Assembly (NCBI GenBank): GCA_015232565.1
Contig: JADFZK010000006.1
Span: 796-64,795 of the forward strand
Source of the DNA: Candidatus Omnitrophota bacterium
GTDB taxonomy: Bacteria > Omnitrophota > Gorgyraeia > Zapsychrales > Fredricksoniimonadaceae
Direction of reading: 5' to 3'
DNA: 64,000 nucleotides
Below are positions 9,136 through 18,098 of this stretch, one piece after another. The notes beneath the pieces were generated by a model that searched no databases, had not been told where the DNA came from, and was given only the letters and a program-made list of their open reading frames with translations. Both the position numbers and the translations under genes were made by a program. Every line of letters begins with the position of its first letter. Position 1 is the first letter of the stretch.

Positions 9136-11625
9136 ATGTTAGTAAGGGATCTGGCGAAACAATATAATATCACCGAAGAGTTGATTACCGCTACGTTAAA
9201 GGCTACCAAATTGCGCGCCAAGGGCGAGGATCAGGAGCTTAGCCCGGGTGTGTTGATGGTGCTGAAGGGCGAGCTGGAGAGCAAGGGGTTGATCCCCAAG
9301 CAGGAGCCCGACAAGAAGGCGGTTAAAAAGCCTGCGGTTAAAAAGCCTGTCCTGCAAAAGCCGGTGGCGCAAAAAAATACGGTTGAAGCGGTAGCTCAAC
9401 CGGCACGTAAGAAAAAAGAGCCTGAGCCTGTTAAAGAGCCGGTAAAAGAAAAACCGGTCTTTGTTACTGTCCGTAAACTTTCCGAGGTGCCGGTACGGAA
9501 GCCTGTTGAGCCTCCGCCGCCGGTGGTAAAAATTGAGCCGCCGGCTCCGGTGGAAGTGGTCAAGGTTGAGCCGTTAGCGCTCAAGCCGGTGGGGCATACC
9601 GAAACTACCGAAGAACATACCGTAGACGAGCAAGGCCGCAAGATCATTAAAAGAGTGACCAAGACCATTGTTACGGTCACCAAAAAGAAAGTGGCTCCGG
9701 CGGCTCCGGCTTTTGTAGCGGTTCAGCCGTTGAAGAAGCGCCTCACCAGGGAAGATCGTTCGGCTTCCATGGATGTGCGTTCTCCAGCGGAGGATGCCAG
9801 CGGCCAGCCGACGGATGCCGTGGCGGGCGCTCCGGCTGTTGCGGCCAAGGCAGAAGGCCCGTTAAAAGATGTGGAGATCAAGTTGCCTGTTACTGTCGGC
9901 GATCTGGCCTTCAAGATGCAACATAAAGTAAATATTGTCCTCAAAGCCTTAATGGGCATGGGGGTTTTTGCCAATATTAACCAGAACCTCGGCGAAGATA
10001 TTGTCCGTAAGCTGTGCCAGGGTTTTGGTTTTAATCTTATCGAGATCAAGTCCCAGGAAGAACAGCTTATTGCCGATCATACCAAGGAACAGGAAGACCC
10101 TTCTCTTTTACAACCGCGCGCTCCGGTAGTTACTTTCATGGGGCATGTGGATCACGGTAAGACTTCCCTGCTGGATGCTATCCGCAAAACCAAAGTGGTC
10201 GACAGTGAGCATGGCGGGATAACCCAGCATATTCGCGCGTACTCGGTAAAGGTGCCGCGGGGTACGATCACTTTCATGGATACTCCCGGTCACGCGGCTT
10301 TTACGGCCATGCGTTCCCGGGGTGCGCATATCACTGATATTGTAGTACTGGTGGTGGCCGCTAATGAAGGCATAATGCCGCAAACTGAGGAAGCGATAGA
10401 CCATGCCCGGGCCGCCGGTGTTCCGATAGTGGTGGCGCTTAACAAGATCGATCTGAAGGACGCGGATCCGGAAATGGTCAAGAAGCAGTTGATGGAACAT
10501 GATCTGATGCCTGAAGAATGGGGCGGTAAGATAGTGGTCTGCCCGGTCTCGGCACAAACCGGACAGGGGTTGGACAATTTGCTGGAAATGATCCTGCTGG
10601 AGTCCGAGATGTTGCAGTTAAAAGCCAATCCGGACAAAAAAGCGGCGGGTATAGTGGTGGAAGCGCATATGAGCACCGGTAAAGGCCCTCTGGCGACCTT
10701 GATCGTGCAAAACGGCACCTTGCGCGAGGGTGATATTGTGGTGGTGGGGCCTTTTTGTTCTAAAGTCAAGGCGATGTTCGACGACCATAAACGTCAGGTT
10801 AAATTGGCCGGGCCGTGTATGCCGGTGGAGATCCTGGGTTTGCCGGGAGTGCCGGAAGCCGGTGAGAAGTTCTTTGTGATGGAGAACGAGAAAGCCGCCC
10901 GGGAGATAGCATCTGTGCGTGAAGAAAAAATGAAGACCGACCGCCTTAAGGAGTCGTCCAAGATCACACTCGAAGCTTTATTCGCCAAGCGCGAAGCGGG
11001 TGAGGTGCGCGAGTTGAATGTTATCATTAAGGGTGACGTGCAGGGTTCGGTGGGGGCTTTGCGTACCGCTTTGGAGAAGATCACCAGTGAGAGCAAAGAA
11101 GTGGCGGTGAAGTTTATTCATAGCGGTGTGGGCGAAGTTAATCCTTCCGATATTATTCTGGCCCATGTTTCCAAGGCTATTATTATAGCGTTTAATGTTG
11201 GCACCAGTTCTACGGCCGCCGATGAGCTGGAAAAGACTCCGGTCGAGGTGCGTCGGTACAATGTTATTTATGATATTGTCAATGATATCCGCGTTGCTCT
11301 GGAAGGCATGCTTAAGCCGGATACCAAGCGTCATTTTTTGGCGCGGGCCGAAGTGCGTCAGGTGTTCAACCTGACCAAATCCGGCATTGTGGCGGGTTGT
11401 TTTATGCTTAAGGGGCGTATGCGCACCAAGATGAATGTTGATGTAATGCGTAATGCTGTGGTGGTGCATACCGGCAAGCTGATCACTCTTAAACGGTTCA
11501 AGGATGACGTTAAGGAGGTCGGCGAAGGTTTTGAATGCGGTATAGCTGTTAGCGGTTACGATGGTTACCAGCCCGGCGATATGATAGAAGCTTTTGAGAT
11601 CGAGAATATCGCAAGGACCTTATGA
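9136..11625 (+). CDS. infB: translation initiation factor IF-2
   Basis: G-domain VTFMGHVDHGKTSLLD, DTPGHAAF and NKID motifs; Lys/Pro-rich N-terminal region; 829 aa. Confidence 0.93.
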   Translation: MLVRDLAKQYNITEELITATLKATKLRAKGEDQELSPGVLMVLKGELESKGLIPKQEPDKKAVKKPAVKKPVLQKPVAQKNTVEAVAQPARKKKEPEPVKEPVKEKPVFVTVRKLSEVPVRKPVEPPPPVVKIEPPAPVEVVKVEPLALKPVGHTETTEEHTVDEQGRKIIKRVTKTIVTVTKKKVAPAAPAFVAVQPLKKRLTREDRSASMDVRSPAEDASGQPTDAVAGAPAVAAKAEGPLKDVEIKLPVTVGDLAFKMQHKVNIVLKALMGMGVFANINQNLGEDIVRKLCQGFGFNLIEIKSQEEQLIADHTKEQEDPSLLQPRAPVVTFMGHVDHGKTSLLDAIRKTKVVDSEHGGITQHIRAYSVKVPRGTITFMDTPGHAAFTAMRSRGAHITDIVVLVVAANEGIMPQTEEAIDHARAAGVPIVVALNKIDLKDADPEMVKKQLMEHDLMPEEWGGKIVVCPVSAQTGQGLDNLLEMILLESEMLQLKANPDKKAAGIVVEAHMSTGKGPLATLIVQNGTLREGDIVVVGPFCSKVKAMFDDHKRQVKLAGPCMPVEILGLPGVPEAGEKFFVMENEKAAREIASVREEKMKTDRLKESSKITLEALFAKREAGEVRELNVIIKGDVQGSVGALRTALEKITSESKEVAVKFIHSGVGEVNPSDIILAHVSKAIIIAFNVGTSSTAADELEKTPVEVRRYNVIYDIVNDIRVALEGMLKPDTKRHFLARAEVRQVFNLTKSGIVAGCFMLKGRMRTKMNVDVMRNAVVVHTGKLITLKRFKDDVKEVGEGFECGIAVSGYDGYQPGDMIEAFEIENIARTL

Positions 11626-12605
11626 GCCCCAAGCGTGTTTTCAGCGGAATGCGTCCGACGGGTAAACTCCACCTGGGGCATCTGGTAGGCGCGCTGGATA
11701 ACTGGATCACCCTGCAGGATACGCATCAGTGCGTTTACTCCATAGTGGACTGGCACGCGTTGATGGGGGAGTATGAGAATAGCCGGAATATCCGTTCTTA
11801 TGTTTATGATATGGCGCTGGACTGGCTGGCTGTTGGTATCGATCCCCGGCGTTCGATAATTTTCTTGCAGTCGGATGTGCCGGAGCACCTGGAATTGCAA
11901 ATGTTCCTTTCCTGCCTTACTCCCCTGGGCTGGCTGGAACGTAATCCTACCTACAAAGAACAATTACGCGAGATAACTACGCGCGATCTGCAAACCTATG
12001 CTTTCCTGGGATATCCGGTATTGCAGGCCGCGGATATCCTGCTTTATCAGGCTGATGCCGTGCCGATCGGCGAGGATCAGTTGCCGCATTTGGAACTTAC
12101 CCGCGAGATCTCCCGGCGTTTTAATTCCATGTATGGCGTGGAGCTTTTTAAAGATTGTGCGGCGATCCTGACGCCTACCCCCAGGCTTTTAGGCCTGGAC
12201 AATCGGAAGATGTCCAAGAGCTATGGCAACACAATTAATCTTTCCGACAGCCCTGAGGAAATAACCACCAAGGTCAAGGGGATGATAACGGACGCCAAAC
12301 GCCTGCGCCTTAAGGACCCGGGCCATCCGGAAGAATGCAATGTTTTCAGTTATTACAAGGCTTTCGCGCCCGGGCAGGAAAAAGCGGCAGGGGAGTGGTG
12401 CGCCGGCGCGCTGAAAGGGTGCACGGATTGCAAGAAGTCTTTGGCGGATATTCTTATTGAGTATTTGCGTCCGGTGCGTGAAGAACGTTTGAAGCTGGAG
12501 AAGGACCGCGCTTATATCGACGAGGTCTTAAAGCAAGGCGCAGTGCGCGCCCGCGAAGTAGCGGTTAAAACAATGGCCGAAGTCCGCAAAGCTGTTTTTT
12601 CATGA
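11622..12605 (+). CDS. trpS: tryptophanyl-tRNA synthetase
   Basis: Class I motifs: HLGH (MRPTGKLHLGHLVG) and KMSKS. Confidence 0.9.
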   Translation: MSPKRVFSGMRPTGKLHLGHLVGALDNWITLQDTHQCVYSIVDWHALMGEYENSRNIRSYVYDMALDWLAVGIDPRRSIIFLQSDVPEHLELQMFLSCLTPLGWLERNPTYKEQLREITTRDLQTYAFLGYPVLQAADILLYQADAVPIGEDQLPHLELTREISRRFNSMYGVELFKDCAAILTPTPRLLGLDNRKMSKSYGNTINLSDSPEEITTKVKGMITDAKRLRLKDPGHPEECNVFSYYKAFAPGQEKAAGEWCAGALKGCTDCKKSLADILIEYLRPVREERLKLEKDRAYIDEVLKQGAVRAREVAVKTMAEVRKAVFS

Positions 12606-13423
12606 ACTATAAATTCCGCCTTGATATGTTCGAAGGCCCCCTGGACCTTCTGCTTTACCTTATTCGCAAGAATGAGGTTAATATCTACGATATCCCCGTA
12701 ACCCAGATCACCGAGCAATACCTGGAATGTATCGAGCTGATGAAAATGCTCGATCTTGACGGTATCGGCGAGTTCCTGGTGATGGCGGCAACCTTGTTGC
12801 AAATAAAGTCCCGTCTGCTGTTACCACCTGATCCTAATGAGAAAGAAGATGCGCAGGATCCGCGTACTGAACTGGTGCGCCGGCTGGAGGAATACCAGCG
12901 CATCAAGGAAGCGGCGGAAGAACTGCGGTTGCGGGCCGATGCGCGTTCCGACCTATTTCCCCGCCGGGTGGATGCCGAAGCGCTTAACGAGATTAAGGAC
13001 GATTCCAAAGAAGTATTCTTTGAAGCCAATCTGTTCGATCTTATTACCGCGCTTACCGCGGCCCTGCAGAAGAAGCCGGAGCCGGGTTCTTACGAGGTTA
13101 TGCGGGAAGAGCACACGGTGGAAGGCAAGGTGCATTCTATCATGCATCTATTGATCGACCGTCCGCGTATATTCTTAAACGAGCTTTTTGCCAACGCGTC
13201 GGACAAGATGGAAGTTATTGTAACTTTTATGGCGGTGCTGGAATTGTGCCGGGTTAAGGAAGTAGTGGTAGTGCAGAAACGCCTGTTTTCCGAGATCGAA
13301 CTGGTACGCAAGACGGATAATATATTGGTGGTGCCCGCGTCCGTGGAGCCTTTGCCGTTGCCGGCGGCCGTTGGGGATAATGACTTACCTTCAGCCGAGG
13401 CGGTGCCCGATGGAAGAGCTTAA
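12602..13423 (+). CDS. scpA: segregation and condensation protein A
   Basis: N-terminal FEGPLDLLLYLIRKNEVNIYDIPV is typical of ScpA. Confidence 0.85.
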   Translation: MNYKFRLDMFEGPLDLLLYLIRKNEVNIYDIPVTQITEQYLECIELMKMLDLDGIGEFLVMAATLLQIKSRLLLPPDPNEKEDAQDPRTELVRRLEEYQRIKEAAEELRLRADARSDLFPRRVDAEALNEIKDDSKEVFFEANLFDLITALTAALQKKPEPGSYEVMREEHTVEGKVHSIMHLLIDRPRIFLNELFANASDKMEVIVTFMAVLELCRVKEVVVVQKRLFSEIELVRKTDNILVVPASVEPLPLPAAVGDNDLPSAEAVPDGRA

Positions 13424-14405
13424 GCGAATTGTGCTGGACCAGGAGACCGACGAAGACCGCGTGGCGGGTATATCTTTGCGCCCGCAAAGCCTGACTGATT
13501 TTGTGGGTCAGCATGACCTGGTGGATAATATCCGCGTGGCGGTGGAAGCCGCGCGTCAGCGCAAGGAACCCCTGGAACATGTTCTTTTCTCCGGTCCGCC
13601 GGGGTTGGGTAAGACCTCGCTGGCTCATATTATTGCTCATGAAATGAAAGCGCGCATAACGGTTACCTCCGGTCCGGCTATTGAGCGGGCGGGGGATTTT
13701 ATCGGTATCCTTACCAACCTTGGTGAAGGGGACGTGCTTTTTATTGACGAGATCCATCGGATGTCCAAAACGGTGGAAGAGTTCCTTTATCCGGCCATGG
13801 AGAATTACAAGATCGACTTCATAGTCGATAAAGGCCCTTATGCCAAGACCATTAATTTTAATCTGAAGCCGTTCACCTTGATCGGGGCCACTACCCGCAG
13901 CGGCCTTTTGGCCACCCCTTTACGGGACCGTTTTGGTTTGTCCTATCATCTGGATTTCTATCCGGCCGAAGAGCTGGCGGTGATCGTGGCTAATTCTGCC
14001 GGCAAGCTGGGTATTGGTTTGGAGGTCGGAGCCGCGCTCGAGATCGCCCGCCGTTCACGCGGCACGCCGCGCATTGCCAACCGCCTTTTGCGGCGGGTGC
14101 GTGATTATTCCCAGGTCAAGACCGGTCAGGCGGGCATATCGGTGGCGGTGGTCGAGAAGTCAATGGGGACGCTCAAGATCGACCGCGAAGGCCTCGACGA
14201 CCTGGATCGGCGGATCTTAAAGCTTATCCTGCGGGACTATAATGGCGGGCCGGTGGGTATAGAGGCTTTGTCGGCTACTATGAATGAAGAGGCCGATACG
14301 ATAGTGGATGTGGTAGAGCCGTATTTGCTTAAATCGGGTTTTCTGCGCCGCACTTCCCGCGGGCGGGAAATAACAGAAAAAACCAGGAAACATTTATGTT
14401 CTTGA
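13410..14405 (+). CDS. ruvB: Holliday junction branch migration helicase RuvB
   Basis: The track ORF starts at 13371; the internal ATG at 13410 (MEELKRIV...) is more plausible. FVGQ...LFSGPPGLGKTSLAHIIA Walker A and RuvB sensor motifs. Confidence 0.92.
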   Translation: MEELKRIVLDQETDEDRVAGISLRPQSLTDFVGQHDLVDNIRVAVEAARQRKEPLEHVLFSGPPGLGKTSLAHIIAHEMKARITVTSGPAIERAGDFIGILTNLGEGDVLFIDEIHRMSKTVEEFLYPAMENYKIDFIVDKGPYAKTINFNLKPFTLIGATTRSGLLATPLRDRFGLSYHLDFYPAEELAVIVANSAGKLGIGLEVGAALEIARRSRGTPRIANRLLRRVRDYSQVKTGQAGISVAVVEKSMGTLKIDREGLDDLDRRILKLILRDYNGGPVGIEALSATMNEEADTIVDVVEPYLLKSGFLRRTSRGREITEKTRKHLCS

Positions 14406-15574
14406 AGGCCTTCCGGCGGGGTGCCTCAGCCAGTGTGTTAAGCCGGATCGTTCTGGCTTTGGTGGTGGTCTGCCTTAATGTGACGGCGGTGACGGCCAAG
14501 TCCAAGCTGATCCGGGTTTCGGTATTAAGGGATGTGGATCATTTTACGCTCGCGGTTGAGGGCCGGCATACCATTTTTGATTTTAATACCGGCCAGAAAG
14601 TAACCGTGGGGGTGAGGCTTTTGCCGGCTATGGTGGCTTTCGACCATGGCAAGATCCGGATCGGTGAGCGGGTCTACGATAATCAGCGCCTGATAATCGA
14701 TCCCCGGCAGGATGCCACCCTGAGGGTGAACGACAAACATTTCCGCGGTATGTTGGTGATCATTAACACCGGTTCTGCTTTGACGGTGGTTAATTCCATC
14801 GAACTGGAGCAGTATATCCGGGGCGTGTTGTATCATGAGATCTCGGACAAATGGCCGCTGGAAGCCATTAAAGCCCAGGCGGTGGCCACGCGCACTTATG
14901 CTCTGTATTCCATTGATAAATTCGCCGCGCGAGACTATGACGTTACCAATGATGTGTATTCCCAGGTTTATGGCGGCAAGACGGCCGAGCGTTACCGGAC
15001 CAATCTGGCGGTCAGCCGTACCAAGGGTGAAGTTTTGACTTATCGGGGCAAGATATTCCCCGCGTTCTTCCATGCCAATTCCGGGGGTGTCACCGAGGAC
15101 GCTTCCGAGTTGTGGAATATTGACCTGCCGCCCCTAAAAGGGGGTGTGGAATCCCCGTATTCGATCAGTTCGCCGCATTACAGCTGGCGCAGGAATTTCC
15201 GCCTTAAGGATATTCAGAATACTTTGAACGCGCACGGTTTTAAGATCGGGGCTATTAAAAACATCAAGGTTACCGAACAAAACAAATCGCGCCGGGTGCG
15301 TAAGCTGGAAATCGAGGATCGTGATGGGGTCAAGACTGTTATTGATGGTAAGGCTTTTCGCGATGCCCTGGGCCCGAACGTGTTAAAAAGCAATATGTAT
15401 GAAGTGGAAATGAAGGGTTACTATATGGACCTGATCGGCCACGGCTGGGGCCATGGCGTTGGTATGTGCCAGTGGGGCGCGTATAATATGTCTTTGCTGA
15501 GATTCTCGTATAAGCAGATCCTTAAGTTCTATTATCCCGGCTCTGCTTTAGAGCGTTTTTCTGATATTGATTAA
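14396..15574 (+). CDS. SpoIID/LytB-domain protein (lytic transglycosylase/amidase enhancer)
   Basis: C-terminal GHGWGHGVGMCQWGA SpoIID signature; N-terminal signal/TM. Confidence 0.8.
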   Translation: MFLKAFRRGASASVLSRIVLALVVVCLNVTAVTAKSKLIRVSVLRDVDHFTLAVEGRHTIFDFNTGQKVTVGVRLLPAMVAFDHGKIRIGERVYDNQRLIIDPRQDATLRVNDKHFRGMLVIINTGSALTVVNSIELEQYIRGVLYHEISDKWPLEAIKAQAVATRTYALYSIDKFAARDYDVTNDVYSQVYGGKTAERYRTNLAVSRTKGEVLTYRGKIFPAFFHANSGGVTEDASELWNIDLPPLKGGVESPYSISSPHYSWRRNFRLKDIQNTLNAHGFKIGAIKNIKVTEQNKSRRVRKLEIEDRDGVKTVIDGKAFRDALGPNVLKSNMYEVEMKGYYMDLIGHGWGHGVGMCQWGAYNMSLLRFSYKQILKFYYPGSALERFSDID

Positions 15575-15590
15575 CCTGGCAGTCGGGTGT

Positions 15591-15950
15591 TCAGGCGTGT
15601 TTTCCGGCCAGGGATATAATGGCGTGTGGATCCAGCGGTTTGATCATATACCCCGTAGCGCCCAGTCTTACGGCTTCTATAGCCGTGTTCTCGGAGTTCC
15701 TTTCACCTAAAGCAATAACTGTAATGCCGGCATCGTGTTTACGGATGTCGCTAAACACATTTCCGCCGTTGGAGTCCTGGCTTTCATTCATTCCGATCAG
15801 GGCCAGGGAGGGAGTGTGTTTCTCAATATCGATGGCGGATATATCGGCCGGTGATTCTATTATTATTAGAGGATAGCGGTCAGCCAGCAATTTCTTCAGA
15901 AAACTGCGAGTGTCTGCACTGGTGTCGGCGATAAGGATAGTCTTTGGCAT
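15591..15950 (-). CDS. single-domain response-regulator receiver (atypical/pseudo-receiver)
   Basis: CheY-like fold (ILIAD..., YMIKP conserved Lys). The phospho-acceptor position reads G (LALIGMNE) and the T87-equivalent is G. 1-nt overlap with the upstream XRE gene. Confidence 0.7.
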   Translation of the reverse strand: MPKTILIADTSADTRSFLKKLLADRYPLIIIESPADISAIDIEKHTPSLALIGMNESQDSNGGNVFSDIRKHDAGITVIALGERNSENTAIEAVRLGATGYMIKPLDPHAIISLAGKHA

Positions 15951-16507
15951 TAAAGTGTTACCGGCGTAAGGACGGAAATAAATTTTGCGGTGCTGTTGTG
16001 CGGGTTATCGAAATGATGCGAGAAGGCCGCGTTGAAATATAGTGAAGTGTGAGCGGTAAGTTTAATGTGCTGGTCTTTAATGTGGGCGATCAGACTGCCT
16101 TCCAGCACCCAGATGAAACGTTCCGAACCGGGCTGGAACTTTTCCACGTTGGTGGCGCCTTTACCGTCGATCTTGATCAAAGAAGGCAGCATCCGCTTAT
16201 TTGTCGCCTGACGGGCCAGTATCTCGCGGGAAACCTTTTCGTTAGGGGCCGAGATGGCCTCGATATTTTCCTCCGAGATCACCGGGAGAGAATCGTCTTC
16301 CTGCATCCCCTGATAAAGCTCCGATATGTCCAGCCCCAGCGCCTTGGCGATCATAAAATGCGACTGCAATGTTCCGGTCATCTTGCCGTTCTCGATCCGG
16401 GAGAGAGTGGCGATCTGCACGCCGCTGTCCTGAGAGAGTGCGGTAAGCGAGATCTTTTTCAGCTTGCGCATTTTTTTGATCTGAAGTCCGATATTCATAA
16501 AATTCAA
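15950..16507 (-). CDS. XRE-family HTH transcriptional regulator with C-terminal cupin domain
   Basis: N-terminal HTH_XRE (LTALSQDSGVQIATLSRIENGK) and a C-terminal cupin-like beta region. Confidence 0.75.
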   Translation of the reverse strand: MNFMNIGLQIKKMRKLKKISLTALSQDSGVQIATLSRIENGKMTGTLQSHFMIAKALGLDISELYQGMQEDDSLPVISEENIEAISAPNEKVSREILARQATNKRMLPSLIKIDGKGATNVEKFQPGSERFIWVLEGSLIAHIKDQHIKLTAHTSLYFNAAFSHHFDNPHNSTAKFISVLTPVTL

Positions 16508-16644
16508 CTCCGCAATGCTTTTTACAAAGATTTAAACTGTCCGGCAAATAATTTCTTTTATTGTAACATCAATTGAGGAATAATCAAGATTTTGTCGACG
16601 GATAAAAGTGTTTTTGTAATTTTGATGATTACGAAAGATATATC

Positions 16645-16673
16645 TTGACAATTCATCAATTGCTTTGTAATAT
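16645..16673 (+). promoter_or_regulatory. consensus sigma70-type promoter (TTGACA-17 nt-TAATAT) upstream of spoVG
   Basis: TTGACA at 16645-16650 and TAATAT at 16668-16673 with a 17 nt spacer, in the AT-rich divergent intergenic region. A strong RBS AGGAGGTGGACATG lies ~36 nt downstream. Confidence 0.45.
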
Positions 16674-16709
16674 CTCGACAAGGTCGTTGATGAAAAATCA
16701 AAATAGGAG

Positions 16710-16979
16710 GTGGACATGTCGTTAGAGTTCAAGGTGGCCAAGATGTTCTGTTTACCGGATGCCGGAAGTTTAAAAGCTTTCGCGGACATTATGGTGAACG
16801 ACGCATTGCTTATTAAGGGCTTGCGGGTTGTGGAAGGTAAGAAAGGGCTTTTTGTTACGATGCCGCGGGAACAGGGCAAAGACAGCAAATGGTACGACCA
16901 GGTGTCTTGCGCGTCGGCAGAGATCTTTGATGATATCGCAACTAAGGTGCTTTCCGAGTATCAGGCGGTAGCGGTTTAA
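16710..16979 (+). CDS. spoVG: septation protein SpoVG
   Basis: KAFADIMVNDALLIKGLRVVEGKKGLFVTMP matches the SpoVG family core; 89 aa; strong RBS. Confidence 0.8.
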   Translation: MDMSLEFKVAKMFCLPDAGSLKAFADIMVNDALLIKGLRVVEGKKGLFVTMPREQGKDSKWYDQVSCASAEIFDDIATKVLSEYQAVAV

Positions 16980-17013
16980 GTTTTTAAGCGCGGGACGCCT
17001 CAAGTGGCTTATT

Positions 17014-17161
17014 GGGGCGTAATACGAACGATCCAGCAAATAATGTATGCCATTAATCCATGTACGCCTTTCTCGATCGGACGAGGGGGCTGGGGGGCGT
17101 GTTTTATAAACATCATAACGATGGGCAGGCATTAATGATGCGATCTTTCGAATTACGCCCC
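17014..17161. repeat. imperfect 20-nt inverted repeat pair (18/20) spaced ~108 nt apart, upstream of the first pilin operon
   Basis: GGGGCGTAATACGAACGATC (17014-17033) and GATCTTTCGAATTACGCCCC (17142-17161) are reverse complements. Confidence 0.4.
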
Positions 17162-17233
17162 GATAGCCGCGGGAGGTCGGCGCAGTTCTCAGGTTAAGAT
17201 CAAATAACAGTTCAATTTTAAAGACGAGGGCAT

Positions 17234-17665
17234 ATGAACAATAAAGGTTTCTCTTTGGTCGAGATGGCGATTGCTTTGGGATTAGTGGCGGTCCTGGTAA
17301 GCGTGGTAACAGCGGGTAGCGGAATGATGGTCAAAAGCCGGGTACATCGTGAAACTGCGGCAGTGGATAGTATGCGGATCGCCGCGCAGAATTATTTATC
17401 GGCCAAGAACCTGACTTATACCGGCATCAGCGTGGCCGCGCTTAAGACGGATGGTTTTCTGCCGGCCAATTTTGATCCGGTTAAAAGCAATTCCTTTGGC
17501 GGTGACTATTTGGTGGCCGAGAATGCGGCGGATAATACCAAAGTTGATATTACTCTGGCCGCGGTGCCGGCGGCTGCTGGTGCTGATCTAAGCAATAATT
17601 TCAAAAGTAAAGCGGAACTGCTGGCTTATGACGCCTCTACCAAGGTTTGGAAAGCTACTTTTTAA
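17234..17665 (+). CDS. type IV pilin/pseudopilin with prepilin-type N-terminus
   Basis: MNNKGFSLVEMAIALGLVAVLVSV: a Gly-Phe cleavage site, Glu+5 and a hydrophobic helix. Confidence 0.75.
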   Translation: MNNKGFSLVEMAIALGLVAVLVSVVTAGSGMMVKSRVHRETAAVDSMRIAAQNYLSAKNLTYTGISVAALKTDGFLPANFDPVKSNSFGGDYLVAENAADNTKVDITLAAVPAAAGADLSNNFKSKAELLAYDASTKVWKATF

Positions 17666-18098
17666 CAATAAGGGCGGCTGGCTGGTGGAGCTGGCAGTGG
17701 CTTTGGTGATCGCGGGAATGTTTGTCGGCGGCCTGGCCAGTTTGGCCAAAGTACAGTTGAATGCGGCCCGGGCCAGGCACACTTTGACCACCATGCGATC
17801 AATACTTAAGGCCGGACAGGATTATCGCGTTTTGCATGGAGTATGGCCGGCAGATATTAAGGAAGTTGAAGCGCTTTTAGCATCTTCTGTCGGAAAGAAT
17901 GCCTGGGGCGGACTGTTTTGGCTTTCTCATAGTGAGGGCCTGGCGTGGGTGGAGACCGATGTACCGTCAGGTGTGGCTGTGCCCCAGGGGCCATGGACGG
18001 CGGTTTATGTTTCCGGTATCGGTGCCGGAAGCCGCTGGCGAATGTCCACCCCCTTGTCCTACGGATTTACCGCGAGGCTGGTTTATGAGACGAAATGA
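17628..18098 (+). CDS. pseudopilin-like protein with atypical leader (…NNKG|GWLVELAVALVIAG)
   Basis: There is no start codon between the upstream stop and the pilin-like helix, so it must start at ATG 17628, overlapping the previous gene by 38 nt. Glu+5 is present, but Trp replaces the canonical Phe. Confidence 0.55.
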   Translation: MTPLPRFGKLLFNNKGGWLVELAVALVIAGMFVGGLASLAKVQLNAARARHTLTTMRSILKAGQDYRVLHGVWPADIKEVEALLASSVGKNAWGGLFWLSHSEGLAWVETDVPSGVAVPQGPWTAVYVSGIGAGSRWRMSTPLSYGFTARLVYETK

